50,211 nucleotides of DNA from Octopus bimaculoides (taxonomy: Eukaryota). The translations under genes were made by a program, and so were the position numbers. Positions within the stretch are counted from its first letter, which is position 1, and the number at the start of each line of letters is the position of its first letter. The DNA lies in NCBI RefSeq assembly GCF_001194135.2, contig NC_068984.1, forward strand, positions 62,833,141 through 62,883,351, written 5' to 3'. Under the pieces are notes generated by a model. It saw only the letters and a list, made by a program, of their open reading frames with translations. It made no database searches and had not been told where the DNA came from. Of the stretch, positions 1 through 11,519 are shown piece after piece.

Positions 1-201
1 AAAACTATTTACAGCCTTGAATTTTTTTTATCGCATTCTGTCAATTTATATATGCGTGCTAATACATGACCCACGTTGGACTCCTCATACGTATCATTAT
101 CGAACCTGAAGCTTAACTATGGTCTATCCATAACACTTACTTAGCGTTACCCGACACTTTTGGGGGTCTTCTTCACACCAATACCTCTCATACCTTCTGT
201 C

Positions 202-314
202 ACTCTCTCTCTCTCTCTCCATATATATATATACAAATATATATGCATATGCATATACATAGACACACACACACACACATATATATATACATATAAATAT
301 ATATATATATATAT

Positions 315-362
<48 letters not shown>

Positions 363-371
363 ATGTGTGTG
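202..371. repeat. Compound (CT)n/(AT)n/(AC)n/(GT)n microsatellite
   Basis: Directly visible dinucleotide runs. Confidence 0.95.
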
Positions 372-1039
372 AATCCCTAAAACTCCAGAACTACACAACC
401 AATTTCATTCAAATTTTACACATGCCTTACTTAGGGTGCCAGTTGTGTTTTAGTAAAAAAAAAAAGAAAATTAACTTCTTGCATACTTCCAGCCCACAGC
501 AACATCATATCTCCTCTACTTAAGTATTACGTGTCAAAAGTGAAACAAAACTCATGTCATTCGAACCGGAATCTCAAAAACATTGTCACCTTACATCTCA
601 TTCTCATTTAAATACCACGACAGGCAAATAAAAATTACTTGTATATAATATATGACAAGAAATAACTTTTGCCTCTTTTTATGGAGACCAGAAGTTTATA
701 AGACTGTGAATAAAATGTGCTCAAATGAGATTGAGCCAGAGATGAAAAAACATTCATTAGAGAACAAACATCAAATTCGTGTTCAACTTGATACGGGGGT
801 TATTGCCAAGATGCACCTTAACTCGTAATTTAACTGCGGCAATGAATTCACGGAATGGCCATAGATGTGTTTGACTTGATTTTATGGAACTCTCTTACGC
901 TCATGGACTCCAAACAACCATGGTTTTTTATGAAATGAGCTTTTTTGGCGTATTTTTAATTGAGGGAAATAAAACAAATTCTTTTAGTCGTTTGATATTT
1001 TATTTAGATTTTTAGTTGCTAGTCACACTTTAGAATTTT
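372..1039 (+). mobile_element. Putative non-autonomous Helitron-like (HINE/DINE-type) repeat
   Basis: The microsatellite is followed by 'gaatccctaaaactccagaactacacaaccaatttcattcaaattttacac', a subterminal pattern typical of invertebrate non-autonomous rolling-circle elements. No termini confirmed; the 3' side runs into a gap. Confidence 0.3.
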
Positions 1040-1355
1040 NNNNNNNNNNNNNNNNNNNNNNNNNNNNNNNNNNNNNNNNNNNNNNNNNNNNNNNNNNNNN
1101 NNNNNNNNNNNNNNNNNNNNNNNNNNNNNNNNNNNNNNNNNNNNNNNNNNNNNNNNNNNNNNNNNNNNNNNNNNNNNNNNNNNNNNNNNNNNNNNNNNNN
1201 NNNNNNNNNNNNNCTTTATATGTTAAAAGGCATGGTAAAATTTATATATGATCGAATGAGTAAAACCGTGGTGTTATATAAAGTGATTGGCTCGAATTGG
1301 ATGTGTGTTCTCTAATTGATGTTAATATATATATATATATATATATATATGTATA

Positions 1356-1510
1356 CAATGGGGGGAAATAAATATTCGTACGTGTCAAAATTCTTTATTT
1401 GTTTAATTTCTAATTAACATAAATGGGATATACCAATACTATATTTGCATACACATGCATAAATTAAGAATATGCAAAAGAAACTAATAAATTATAGTAC
1501 CTAATGAATT
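1356..1510 (+). mobile_element. Tc1-like terminal fragment
   Basis: TA followed by CAATGGGGGGAAATAAATATT resembles Tc1 TIR starts. No partner TIR seen. Confidence 0.3.
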
Positions 1511-1522
1511 TATATATATTAC

Positions 1523-1645
1523 CCTCAGGCCGACCAAAGCCTTGTGAGCGGATTTCATACACGGAAACTGAAAGAAGATTGTCGTATATATGTATATATT
1601 TGCATGTATCTGTGTGTGTATGTGTGTGTCTATGTTTGTAACCCT
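1523..1645 (+). mobile_element. SINE family A internal fragment
   Basis: 'ggccgaccaaagccttgtgag...cggaaactgaaagaag' matches the reverse complement of the copy at 21457-21830. Confidence 0.8.
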
Positions 1646-1664
1646 CATAATTTATCTGATCCCT

Positions 1665-2307
1665 AGTGGATCCCGAGAGGACATCTACTATTCCCTTCGT
1701 TCTCGTGAACTCATCCCGCCCTTTATGGACAGACTGGTGGTCGGTGAAGAAAACTGGATCCCTTATGAAACGTTAAACGTCGCAGACATTGCCTTGGAGA
1801 AGGGGAACAGGCTTGACCACAACCGAGAAGGGAATTCTATACGAAGACAGTTCTTCTCTTTGGTTAGATTGCAAAGGATTTATTCACTTTGAGTTGCTAA
1901 CAACTACTACAACAATCAATGCTTATATCTCCTATCAGCAATTAGAGCATTTGAACGCTGCTTTAAAGAAAAAAAGCGCTGCTTCAGTGAATCGAAAGGG
2001 AGTGGTGTTTCATCAGGATGATGCTTTACCTCACACAGCAAAAATCACTTAATAGGAGCTCGATGAACTTGGATGGGAGAAAATTGATCATCCCTCTTAT
2101 TCCTCACACCTTACTCCTTGAGATTACCATTTTTTCCGTAGTTTACAAAATTATTTGGATGGATTAACTCTCGAAACAACTAAGGAAGTCGAAACTAACC
2201 TTTCATAGTTCTCCTCTTCGAATCCGAAAGAGATTTTCACTAATGAGATTAAAACGCTTACGAATAGTTGGAAAGATATAGATAACCATGGTAATAACAT
2301 CATTAAC
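1665..2307 (+). mobile_element. Mariner (DD34D) transposase remnant, catalytic domain
   Basis: PFMDRLVVGEENWIPY; SLWLDCKGFIHFELL; VVFHQDDALPHT...GWEKIDHPSYSSHLTP*DYHFFRSLQNYLDG, with 34 residues between the last two D. Contains stops and frameshifts. Confidence 0.9.
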
Positions 2308-2431
2308 ACATTACCGTGTGTGAATAACGTTCTTAAAGTCAATATTTACTCACTCGGGACTAGTTCTAGGCTTTGTCACTAACTCAGTTTTTAACCAAAT
2401 TAGATAATGTTTACATTTATATATATATATA

Positions 2432-2626
2432 AACAACTACAGCGTGGAAGGTGTTTATAAGCCAAAGCGACGAAAATATTTTGGCAAATAAAATTTTAAT
2501 GTCGAAGTGAATCTAACGGTTTTTGTGTGTTTCTTATATGGCTTATAAACACCTTCCATGCTGCAATCGTTTTCGTTCTAGTACACGATCACAGATCAGG
2601 TTACTTGCTATGCAAGTACATCTCCG
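2432..2626. mobile_element. Internally deleted copy of a fold-back MITE (same family as 17111-17530)
   Basis: 2510-2626 is the reverse complement of 17111-17222. Internal ~27-bp inverted repeat (2437-2464 vs 2539-2565). Terminal hairpin ACTTGC-TAT-GCAAGT. Confidence 0.7.
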
Positions 2627-2659
2627 CAATACACACATACACAAACACACATACACACG

Positions 2660-2697
<38 letters not shown>

Positions 2698-3273
2698 CAA
2701 AATGTTTTTAAAGGCACATTTAGTCCTGGCAGTTACCGTGCTCCCTCTCAAATCAGTTTCAGATGCCGGATAACCACGACGTTCCTTAAGTGATTCCCGG
2801 GTTAACAATAAGCTGCTAGACTCTGGTAACTATTCTCGCTTGGTAAATCCGAATGTCTTATTCGGGACCGCACAGTTTCCATAGAGTAAGTAATAGTATT
2901 AATAATGACAAAGAAAACAGATTTTTCACGCCTATAATTTTATTATACAGTTATTTACAGCATTCATTTTTGGACCTACGCTCATTTCCACTGCATCAAC
3001 TGCACACTATTAGTTATGCCTCCTAGTGTCATTGTCGGTGCAGTTTCATCAACGTTGTCTTTTACTGCCGTTTCAAAGTGAAACTGAAGGAATCAGCAAG
3101 CTGAATGAATAAATCGTTTCTTGTAGGAGGAATGGGTTTTTTAGGAGGTATGTGTTATTTATTTTAAGGAGGTATAAATTGTAAAAATCATGTCTTAGGG
3201 TTCACTTCCAATAATTGCATTAGGTGACGCGAAATATAGTCTTAAAAGTTGGTCAAAGTTGGATTAAATATTT

Positions 3274-3815
3274 CTGGTCATTCCTCTTATTTTTTAATGT
3301 AATATAATTTTAATCCTCGGATTTTTTTTAATATGCAAGACCACTGGTTTTAATTGATTAATAACAATTTCTACCCTCATTACTAAATTTTATATAATAA
3401 TGTTCTCAAACCGGTAAATTAGCTGCAAATATGTATTAACTGCAGAATTATTTCCAGACTTAGCGCACCAGATTGAAGACATTTGAAATGATACACTGAA
3501 TGTAATATGTAGAACTCTACACGTGCTCCCTTTCGGGTGGAGGTCTTGTGTCTAGTTCTGGAAATTGCATTGCGAATCGACGGACTACGCTGACGATCCT
3601 GCAGATATTTACTTATGTAAATTTTAACAGGTGAAACCATGGTACGTAGGTTAATCGTTTTTTTTATTTAGTATTTTTTCATTTGTCTTGCCCTTTTACA
3701 GTCTGTTGTGTCGCTGAATTTTTACTGAGAACATATATTTTTTTCGTGGTTAGATGATTCGGCATCTATTTCTAGCATATAGGAGTCCACTTTTGCTGGT
3801 CATTCCTCTTATTTT

Positions 3816-3816
<1 letters not shown>
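3274..3816 (+). mobile_element. Hammerhead-bearing ~520-bp monomer (family A; PLE pseudo-LTR or retrozyme-like)
   Basis: 21-bp terminal direct repeat ctggtcattcctcttattttt (3274-3294 and 3796-3816). Homologous along its length to 43533-43975(-) and 43997-44444(+). Confidence 0.8.
3585..3649 (+). ncRNA. Minimal type-I hammerhead ribozyme
   Basis: Helix I CTACG (3585-89)/CGTAG (3645-49); core CTGACGA (3590-96); helix II CCTG/CAGG with a U.U mismatch at its base; GAAAC (3633-37); palindromic helix III AC-CATG-GT; predicted cleavage after GUA at 3644. Confidence 0.8.

Positions 3817-3866
<50 letters not shown>
3817..3866. repeat. (TA)n microsatellite
   Basis: Directly visible. Confidence 0.95.
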
Positions 3867-3869
<3 letters not shown>

Positions 3870-4439
3870 TAGTTTTCCAACGTCTCTATATAAGTACACA
3901 CCAATAAGTGAATATTCAAAATGCACTTAACCTGACCTCTTTCAAGAATTTACTAGTTCGAAATTACTTCTCTCGTACTCCAGTACAAAATCATAAATGT
4001 TAATATATTTATCACAAAACGAATTTTTCCCAGCATCTTTCATTTCGGGTAATACACACACATACACATACAGTCACATATATACACGAGCTCGCGCACG
4101 TACACACACACACACACATATTCGCTAACAGACGCTTATAATGATGTGTGTTCAAAGTGTGCCGTTGTGTATTTTTAATACTTTTGGGTATTCATATTTC
4201 TAGCTGTGTTTCAAAGGAGTGGGTTACGAAAATAACAACTATAGAATGACAATATTGTTATACTTAATACACTAACTGATAAGAATGCAAATATGGTGGG
4301 CCATAAGGAAAATGAACCACATTTTCCTTTTTCTGTTTCTCCACTTAACACATGAATGCCTATTTCGTTCTGTCTTAATCTCAAACTTTTCTCTTTCTTT
4401 TTCTCACTCTCCCTGTGCTTACACGTGTACATATAAGTA

Positions 4440-4476
4440 TATATATATATAGATAGATAGATAAATAGATAGATAA

Positions 4477-4532
<56 letters not shown>

Positions 4533-4575
4533 AATATACGTGTGTGCGTTTTTGTGTGTTTGTGTGTGTGCATGT
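4440..4575. repeat. (GATA)n tetranucleotide plus (GT)n
   Basis: Directly visible. Confidence 0.95.
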
Positions 4576-4764
4576 GTATGTACTTAAAACAACAAAGGTG
4601 CTTATACTATATGAACATTTCTTTCGAAAAGTCATTTATCATTCAGTTTCTATGTATTCTTGTTTCAAAGAAGTTTTAAGAAAATCTTTCTGCAAGTACT
4701 TTAACTGTGTCAATATTTCTTTTAAAAAACTACTTAAGAACATATGTGCTTTTGTGTGTATCAA

Positions 4765-5720
4765 TGCTTACATTTATATATACTTATATATGCGGATGAC
4801 ACAAAATTAGTGCAAGCAGTCAAGGAATTTTCTGATGCTAATCTTCTACAGAAAGACCTAAACGTCATATATAAATGGGATGAGTACAACAAGATGCAAT
4901 TTAATGCAGTCAAATTACAAAACCTCCGCTACCAGCTAATTGGTGCTCAGAAGTCGCGGCAACTATACTTTGGACCAAAATGAACGGCAATCCCATAATC
5001 ACATACGGTGCGAGATCTTGCGATTGATATAAGCAACGATCACTCATTTCACATGCATATAACCGAGATGGTGGCAGTGTGCAGACGAATGGCCGGATAG
5101 ATTCTGAGAGCCCTCAGAACTTAGGGACCAGGAAACTAAGCTGGTCCTATGAAGGACGTTTGTTCTCAGCCGTGTGGACTACTGCTCTCAACTGTGGTCA
5201 CTTTACAGTGTCAGATTCATAGCGGAATTTGAGGCGGTTCAGCGATGTTACACAAGGAAGATTGCATCAACAGAACAGCTGAGTTACTTGGAGAGACTGA
5301 AAGAGCTACGACTCTACTCGCTGGAGCGAAGACGGAAGAGGTATGCAGTGATATATGTGTGAATATATGTGGAAATGCCAGTTATACAATACCTCTAATT
5401 GGACGTCGCAGACGTCTCATCGAAGGTGAGGACCATGTACTGTAACAGCTTGGGATTCAAGGGCCCACAGATATTTAACACCTTCCAAAAACATCTGAAG
5501 GATCTCCATGCAGTGGGAGCAGATGTTTTCAAGGGACAACTTGACAACTTGCTGTCCAAGATTTCAGATGAACCAATATCCAGGCAGGAAACTCAAAACA
5601 GGGCAGCAGTTCAAACCGCCTCCTTCACCAAAAGCTAATCACATAGAGTTGGCCAATTAATGCGTGATTACACAGACGGTCCCCCAGCATGGCCACAAAC
5701 TTAGGGCTGAAACACAACAG
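4765..5720 (+). mobile_element. 5'-truncated CR1/L2-clade LINE (RT C-terminus plus 3' end)
   Basis: LIYADDTKL...LLQKDLNVIYKW...KMQFN; DYCSQLWS...EAVQRCYTRKI...LSYLERLKELRLYSLERRR; FKGQLDNLLSKISDEP. Stops and frameshifts present. Confidence 0.9.
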
Positions 5721-5778
5721 AATATATATGTGTGCGTGTGTGTGTGTGTGTGCACGCGCGCGCGCGTGTGTATATGAT

Positions 5779-6260
5779 AGAGTCAAAGCAAACCTTAGCA
5801 CTTATGTATTGATTGTCAAAGGAGGGAGACCAAACTCCCTACAGCAAACCAGCAATGTGAAATATCAATGATCTTGGATTGAGTTAATCCTCATCAGTGA
5901 CACTTATTCCGTTACCTCGGTTTGAATGGAACTCGCCTTATCAGTTTATAGCAATTACCATAGAAATCATTTGCTGATTTGATAAACTTGTATCCGCAAC
6001 TTAAAAACAAAGCGGCACAAGTGCAAACATCACTAAAGTGACTAATGGTGAAAACCAGCACTAGCATTGCTAGAAACAAGAGTCAACATAACACTTAGTC
6101 ACAGGCACGCACTTATCTATTGACTGAAAATAAATACCAACCTCCACACAGCAAGCGAGGTGCATCAAATCATCGATGATTTCGGATTGAGTTAAACCGC
6201 ATCGATGAAACTCCGTTGCCTAGTGTTGAACGCATAATAATTGAATTCCGCACTTATTTT
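5779..6260 (-). repeat. Diverged 300-bp tandem repeat (about 1.6 units), each unit with a hammerhead-like motif
   Basis: AGAGTCAA at 5779 and 6079. Shared blocks gcacttat.tattga, accaa.ctcc..acagcaa, ggattgagttaa.cc, and tccgtt.cct. Hammerhead cores on the minus strand at 5856-5897 and 6163-6205. Confidence 0.75.
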
Positions 6261-6314
6261 CTCTGACCGGAACTTCTCATCAGAACATAATCCTCTCAAA
6301 TAATTGCTCATTAT

Positions 6315-6400
6315 ACACATAGAATCTGAAATTCAGGGGAACGGGTTGAGTCGAATACGTTGACTCCAATTATTTACTTGTATTTTATTTATGATAACGT
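6315..6400 (-). mobile_element. Degenerate Meta-type SINE 3' fragment
   Basis: 'gagtcgaatacgttgactccaa...tattttattt' resembles the 3' half of the copies at 12558 and 24068. Confidence 0.45.
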
Positions 6401-6529
6401 TAAGGGCCAGGATAAATATCGTATGGCATTACATCAGGCACTCGCAAGTGTCTACCGGTGCAATTTTCTCCGTAACATTCTTTCATAATAACGGTACAGG
6501 GCCAGAGACCTTTTAGTAGAAAAACTGTG

Positions 6530-6680
6530 GATTACGTCACGCCTAGTACTTGAATGGCACGCCATTTTATCGACGTCGGCGTAATGAAATGCAAAGCTGA
6601 ATTTTGCGTATTTGAACCTAGCAGAAAAGAAAAACGGCAATGCATATTGTCCGTCGCTGAAGCAATTTTGACCAATGCAA
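6530..6680 (-). mobile_element. Degenerate Meta-type SINE
   Basis: 'attttatcgac...aatgaaatgcaaag...atttgaac' matches the family core. Confidence 0.55.
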
Positions 6681-7610
6681 CACATTCAATCTAGTCAATT
6701 AATTCCAAGTTTAGTAAGATTTCTCACTAGCGCAGAAATGATTTTATATGAGTTTATGTGAAAAATGGGAAAATTAAAATAAATCTAGAAATTTTCCCAA
6801 GGGTTGCTTCCGCCTGAAAATCATAGAGTTAAATGCAATCTACAATACTTGAAGTGTTGAACCTGAAATAATTTTGAATTAATTTAAAGCGTAACCTTAA
6901 TGTTGAGAAAACTCATTATCCTTAATGATAACTATTCTCAGAAGGGTCAAGAATGAGAACTCACGCAATTTCAATCACCGCAAATTAAAATGAATTATGC
7001 AAAGTGCATAGTTTCTTCGTGTAATTAATTTTGTACACCACTTTCGTGTGATGAAATTCATGAGCATCACCTATAGCGGGTGTAATTAGTAACTGAAAGA
7101 AGCACGAGTCGAGATAATCACATAATAATTTTCTCACTTGAAGCAAAGTAAATGGATTATATTTTGTCACTGAGATTATGCAATACTTGTACTACTATCA
7201 CTAACACAGGAGATTAATTTATGAAAACAGTATGTTTAAGAGTATATTTTATATCAGGAATAAAATTGATGTTAGTTAAATACAGTATTTACTGTTCTAT
7301 TCTTACAAGTTTACATAAGTTCCAAATTATCATATAAGGAACGTGAATGTTCTTGCAAAATACACGAGCTTGTGTACCAGTGTAAAATTTGAATATTGTA
7401 AAATTTTACTGCCTAAGTTCTGATTGCAGTTACTGAAAAGTTTCCTTGTCATAAAAGAAGCGTTGAAATAGATTTATATAAACTGTTTTCATATAACTCG
7501 TCTGGTGGTTGGGTTCATTACCATATTATCCTAAAATGTGAGTGAGTGCAATGTCGGTTACCGAGGTTTTGATGATGTACGTTAAGGTAACCTTTTCATG
7601 TTGTACATAA

Positions 7611-9744
7611 CACTGGTCAACAAAATGAAACTTTTTTTAATCATCAGAGTTGCTGATTGACTTTTCTGGGTTAATTTTTGATGCTGATTATGAATCTGAA
7701 GTCTGATTTCCTCTATCGCGTCACATTTTCATGTTAATGATACCTGCTGTTTTAACTTATAGGATACGTAAAGCATGTCTATATAACGTATAATGAATAC
7801 AAGATACGATAATTTCATGGCTTTTTAGTGTACAAAATTTAAATTGTGTACAAATAAGTTAGAATACACTCGAATGCATAACAACTTAAAATCTTTGGGA
7901 TTTGGACTTTCTATGGTGTTTTGTCTCAGNNNNNNNNNNNNNNNNNNNNNNNNNNNNNNNNNNNNNNNNNNNNNNNNNNNNNNNNNNNNNNNNNNNNNNN
8001 NNNNNNNNNNNNNNNNNNNNNNNNNNNNNNNNNNNNNNNNNNNNNNNNNNNNNNNNNNNNNNNNNNNNNNNNNNNNNNNNNNNNNNNNNNNNNNNNNNNN
8101 NNNNNNNNNNNNNNNNNNNNNNNNNNNNNNNNNNNNNNNNNNNNNNNNNNNNNNNNNNNNNNNNNNNNNNNNNNNNNNNNNNNNNNNNNNNNNNNNNNNN
8201 NNNNNNNNNNNNNNNNNNNNNNNNNNNNNNNNNNNNNNNNNNNNNNNNNNNNNNNNNNNNNNNNNNNNNNNNNNNNNNNNNNNNNNNNNNNNNNNNNNNN
8301 NNNNNNNNNNNNNNNNNNNNNNNNNNNNNNNNNNNNNNNNNNNNNNNNNNNNNNNNNNNNNGTGTCTTCACGAATTGTTTCAGGAGGCCAAGCTTTATGT
8401 GAAGAGGGGGAAGAAGAATATTTTCTGGGTTTAAAGGTGGCTTGCTCTGGACGCTAGAAACTCCCGGCTCATATGATTTTCGCAAAGGCCACTCTGATTG
8501 CACATAGAGCTTGTTAGTTGCATGACTGTCCCACAGGCATAAACAGCAACAATATTTCGGGAACCCAGATTGCATTCCCATCAACATACCAATCACCTTC
8601 AAGCCTCCACATATTTTCCAGCTGTAGTTTGTATACTTTATGGCATTGAGGAGTACTTGCATGTTTACATAACACTCCTTTATGTGCACTGAATGTCCTA
8701 TGAGAATGGATGGTTTCTTATTGCCGTTGTGTAGTAGTACTGCCTTGAGGCTTCTCTTACATGAATCAATGAATAACCGCCATTCAACTGGAACATGTTC
8801 TTGGAACAAACAGCGAAATAACTCATCAGTGTTATTATTGAAACAAACTGGTCCATCAACAGAGAAGCATGAAGTCAGATCCCTATTTCTCTTCCTGAAA
8901 TGAGTAATACAAACATCTTTCTTAAGCAGACACTTTTCTTGTAGGCGAGATGCTTATAGTTCAGCTTTATCCTTCAACAATGACAAGTCTCTGACTAAAT
9001 CATTTAACTCTCCCTGAGAAAATTTCTGTGGTACGTCTTCATTTTCAATCGTGAAATCTGCATCCACTTCAGTGCCTTCCACAGCAGTAGTATTTTCTTC
9101 AGGAAATACATCTTCATCAGACATCTGAAGGCCATTTTCTGGTGGTATTGGAATAGGAAGATCATCATCGTTGTGTGGTACTGGTCTTCTTGCTGATTCC
9201 AAGTTGGGATACACAATCTTATGCTTGGTATTTATAGTAAACCCACATACATTAACGCTGCAGAAATAACAGCCCATGAAATGATCCTTTGGCTCTCTCC
9301 ATATCATAGGTATTGCAAACGGCATTGCTCTCTTCCTCTTATTTAGCCAATCCTTTAGTCCACATGAACAAGCTGTAGAGATGATGTGCGGCGCCCAACT
9401 TTTATGTTGATCCCCGAGAGAGCAGCCAAAGTATAACTGGTAGACCTTCTTGATTTCACTTGTGATGACACGTTGCTGAGATTTGGTGGTAAATGAACCA
9501 CAGACATGACAGAATATATCAGGACTGCTCTTGCAATGCCTTAACATCCTGAGTAGAATTTGATGATGACTTGGCACATTAAACAGAAAGTAAAATTTAT
9601 GAAAAGAGAAGATTATGAAAACATAAAATTACAGAAAAACTGTGCCTGATAGAAAGAAACTGATTACATTTTTGAAATCCATGGACAAAACTACATATAA
9701 AACATCATATATTATCCTTGATGAAAATTGGCTGTTGACCAGTG
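7611..9744 (-). mobile_element. Chapaev3-type DNA transposon (CMC/Transib-related), near full length
   Basis: Perfect 12-bp TIRs CACTGGTCAACA (7611-7622) and TGTTGACCAGTG (9733-9744). 3-bp TAA TSD on both sides (7608-10, 9745-47). Weaker subterminal inverted similarity. Transposase on the minus strand. Confidence 0.85.
7886..9547 (-). pseudogene. Chapaev3 transposase with one visible nonsense codon; 432 nt lie in a gap
   Basis: N-terminal Zn-binding Chapa-like motifs FCHVCG, WAPHI, WREPKDH..CYFC, YPNLESARRPVPH. Core WRLFIDSCKRSLKAVLLHNGN, ICGGLKV, KYCCCLCLWDS, LLPPLHIKLGLLKQFVK. The two listed ORFs are in the same frame and separated by TAA at 8954-8956 (AEL*ASRL). Confidence 0.85.
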
Positions 9745-10169
9745 TAATTAACAATGAATCGTATCTCTGATATAATAAGTTTTGCTCTGTCCATTTACTT
9801 TATCCAATGCCATTTGTAGAAAGTGATATAGTTCACGTATGTTGGCTTAAAGTTCCTTCCTACAATTCTAAAGTTACTTTCATGCTTATAGATTTGTTTC
9901 GTGCTAAAGCATTATTTCCACATATACATAATTCTTCCATAAATTTTAGGAGCGTATAGGTTACTCCTTTTTTTTTTTTGTATTTTGTTGACGTGCTCCT
10001 ATATGTCACATTTGAAAGGGAATATTCTGTCATAAACTTTATTGGAGCAGTGCTGCTTTGAGAAGAGTTAGTCTCATATCGCTATGACGCATCTGATCTA
10101 ATATATTTTGACTTTAAGAAAGTGAAGAATATTGGCCACCAAGTGACTGCAACTGAGACGACGAAATAA

Positions 10170-10450
10170 GATGCAACTGAGACAATGAAATAAGACGCAG
10201 ACACTGAAACTCGATCGAACACGTCCTTATGCAAGTTCAAGAAAACGATTATTTTGTAGCACTAAAGTGGAAGCCTAATGGGAAAAGAGCAGCAAGGCAC
10301 ACTAAAACCATATGGCTAAGGGCCATTCACAAGGAAAGGAGACGGGAATGGTGGAAAAGCTGGAATGAGCCCACAACAATGGTAGAAAATAGAGCTCATT
10401 GAAGAGATCTTGTGGTCTTACTTGCTTCATTGCAAGGAGAGAACTAATGA
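10170..10450 (+). mobile_element. RTE-clade LINE 3' fragment
   Basis: ALKWKPNGKRAARHTKTIWLR...W..W...ENRAH*RDLV matches the RTE C-terminal pattern. Confidence 0.7.
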
Positions 10451-10909
10451 ATTTAAGAGTTACAGTATTTCAATGATAAAGCTTGATAAAAACTTGGACT
10501 TTTCTCGAGTGTTATATTTGAAAACTATTCACTAAAACGCTGTTATATGTTACTACATCATGTAACATCTTCCTCTTTTAATTTAAAGATATCAATTATT
10601 GATTAGGTTCTTAATGCTACGATATAGTAGCATGAATCTCTGCTTTAATATTTCGTTATATTACTTGGTTTTTATTGGGTCTATAAGTTTTATGAAATAA
10701 AGTAAAGGTAACATGTAAGAGGTGTGTAAATTTTACGTTAAAAGTCATTATTTCTGGAATTTTGAAACTGCTAACGCTTTCATTCTAAAATTTAGGTTCC
10801 TTCTAAAATTACAGGTAATCGGTGCTCTCTATATAGACCAATATTGAAGCTGTTAAATCTTGGTTTCGGAATGTCTAGTATGTATATTCCGATAAGATAA
10901 CAAATGGTA

Positions 10910-11195
10910 GATGAATACTTTCATGAAGACCTGTCGAAAGTTAGGGAGAAAATCAGGCAAAGACGGATGTGTCTATCTGGTCACTGCGTGGGCCACCCTG
11001 AACTTGAAGCATCCAAATTAGTCATATGGAATCTGCATCATAGTGATGCAGGGAGAGGACATCGTCGTCACGCATACATAGACAACCTGATTGCACACTG
11101 GCCTGAAATGTATCCAGAACCTAAAGGTAATGATATTAGACCGAGAAGTGTAGCAGATGGACTTTGTTGTTGTGGTTCGGGCTGGAACCCGGCCA
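10910..11195 (+). mobile_element. RTE-like LINE 3' fragment (different family)
   Basis: KVREKIRQRRMCLSGHCVGHPELEASKLVIW...GRGHRRHAYIDNL matches the RTE thumb/C-terminal motif RRxRLAGHCxRH. Confidence 0.75.
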
Positions 11196-11519
11196 TAATA
11201 ATAAATAATGTGACCCTGTACTTGCAGTTTTGTGTTCGAGGAAAATCTTCTTCGTAGTGTGTATAATTTCTTGTATGTAAATTTTGTTCGTGTTACAGTA
11301 TCTGTTAGCGATACGACTAGTGACTTACAATGACTTATCTAGAAATGTTTTATCGTTAATTGTATTAAACAATTTCATGACTACTTTATCATTTACACTT
11401 TATTGTAAGCAACGTACTACACATATTTTGTCCTTTAATTACTATTATGGATGCCCCATAGGCATTGCTATCTTGAATTAATGGAATCTTTGGACTGTTG
11501 TACATGGTGTATAACTGAC

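Larger units (their letters stand above)
1..3270 (+). pseudogene. Decayed Toll-like receptor-like gene remnant I, interrupted by repeats (~200-2700)
   Basis: Manual translation with frameshifts. LRR-like IYSLEFFLSH (~7-36), SLSNLKL and HNTYLALPDTFGGLLH (~129-176). LRRCT-like LDLRS / FHCINC (2970-3003). Juxtamembrane-like VVFYCRFKVK (~3053-3082). TIR box1-like EEWVF (3127-3141). Confidence 0.35.
6700..9950 (+). pseudogene. Decayed TLR-like gene remnant II, split by the Chapaev3 insertion
   Basis: LEVLNLK* (6848-6871), LRKLIILNDN, LRVINF / TPLSCD (7015-7052, LRRCT-like), TIR box1-like FSYNSSGGWVHYHIILKCE (7486-7542). After the transposon: ISFALSIYFIQCHL* (9775-9819), compare the TIR motif IFVLSxxFIQSxWCxxE. 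Confidence 0.5.

Noticed and set aside
840-940. Helitron helicase motif (CV*LDF...YAHG)
   Set aside because: Resemblance to VGLDL...FSHGQ is too weak and the flanking helicase motifs are absent.
2985-3100. Possible terminal exon FHFETAVKDNVDETAPT... on the minus strand
   Set aside because: No recognisable homology or partner exons, and the opposite strand fits LRRCT/juxtamembrane motifs.
6255-6290. Minus-strand CTGATGA...GAAA near 6277
   Set aside because: No helix II or helix III complementarity.
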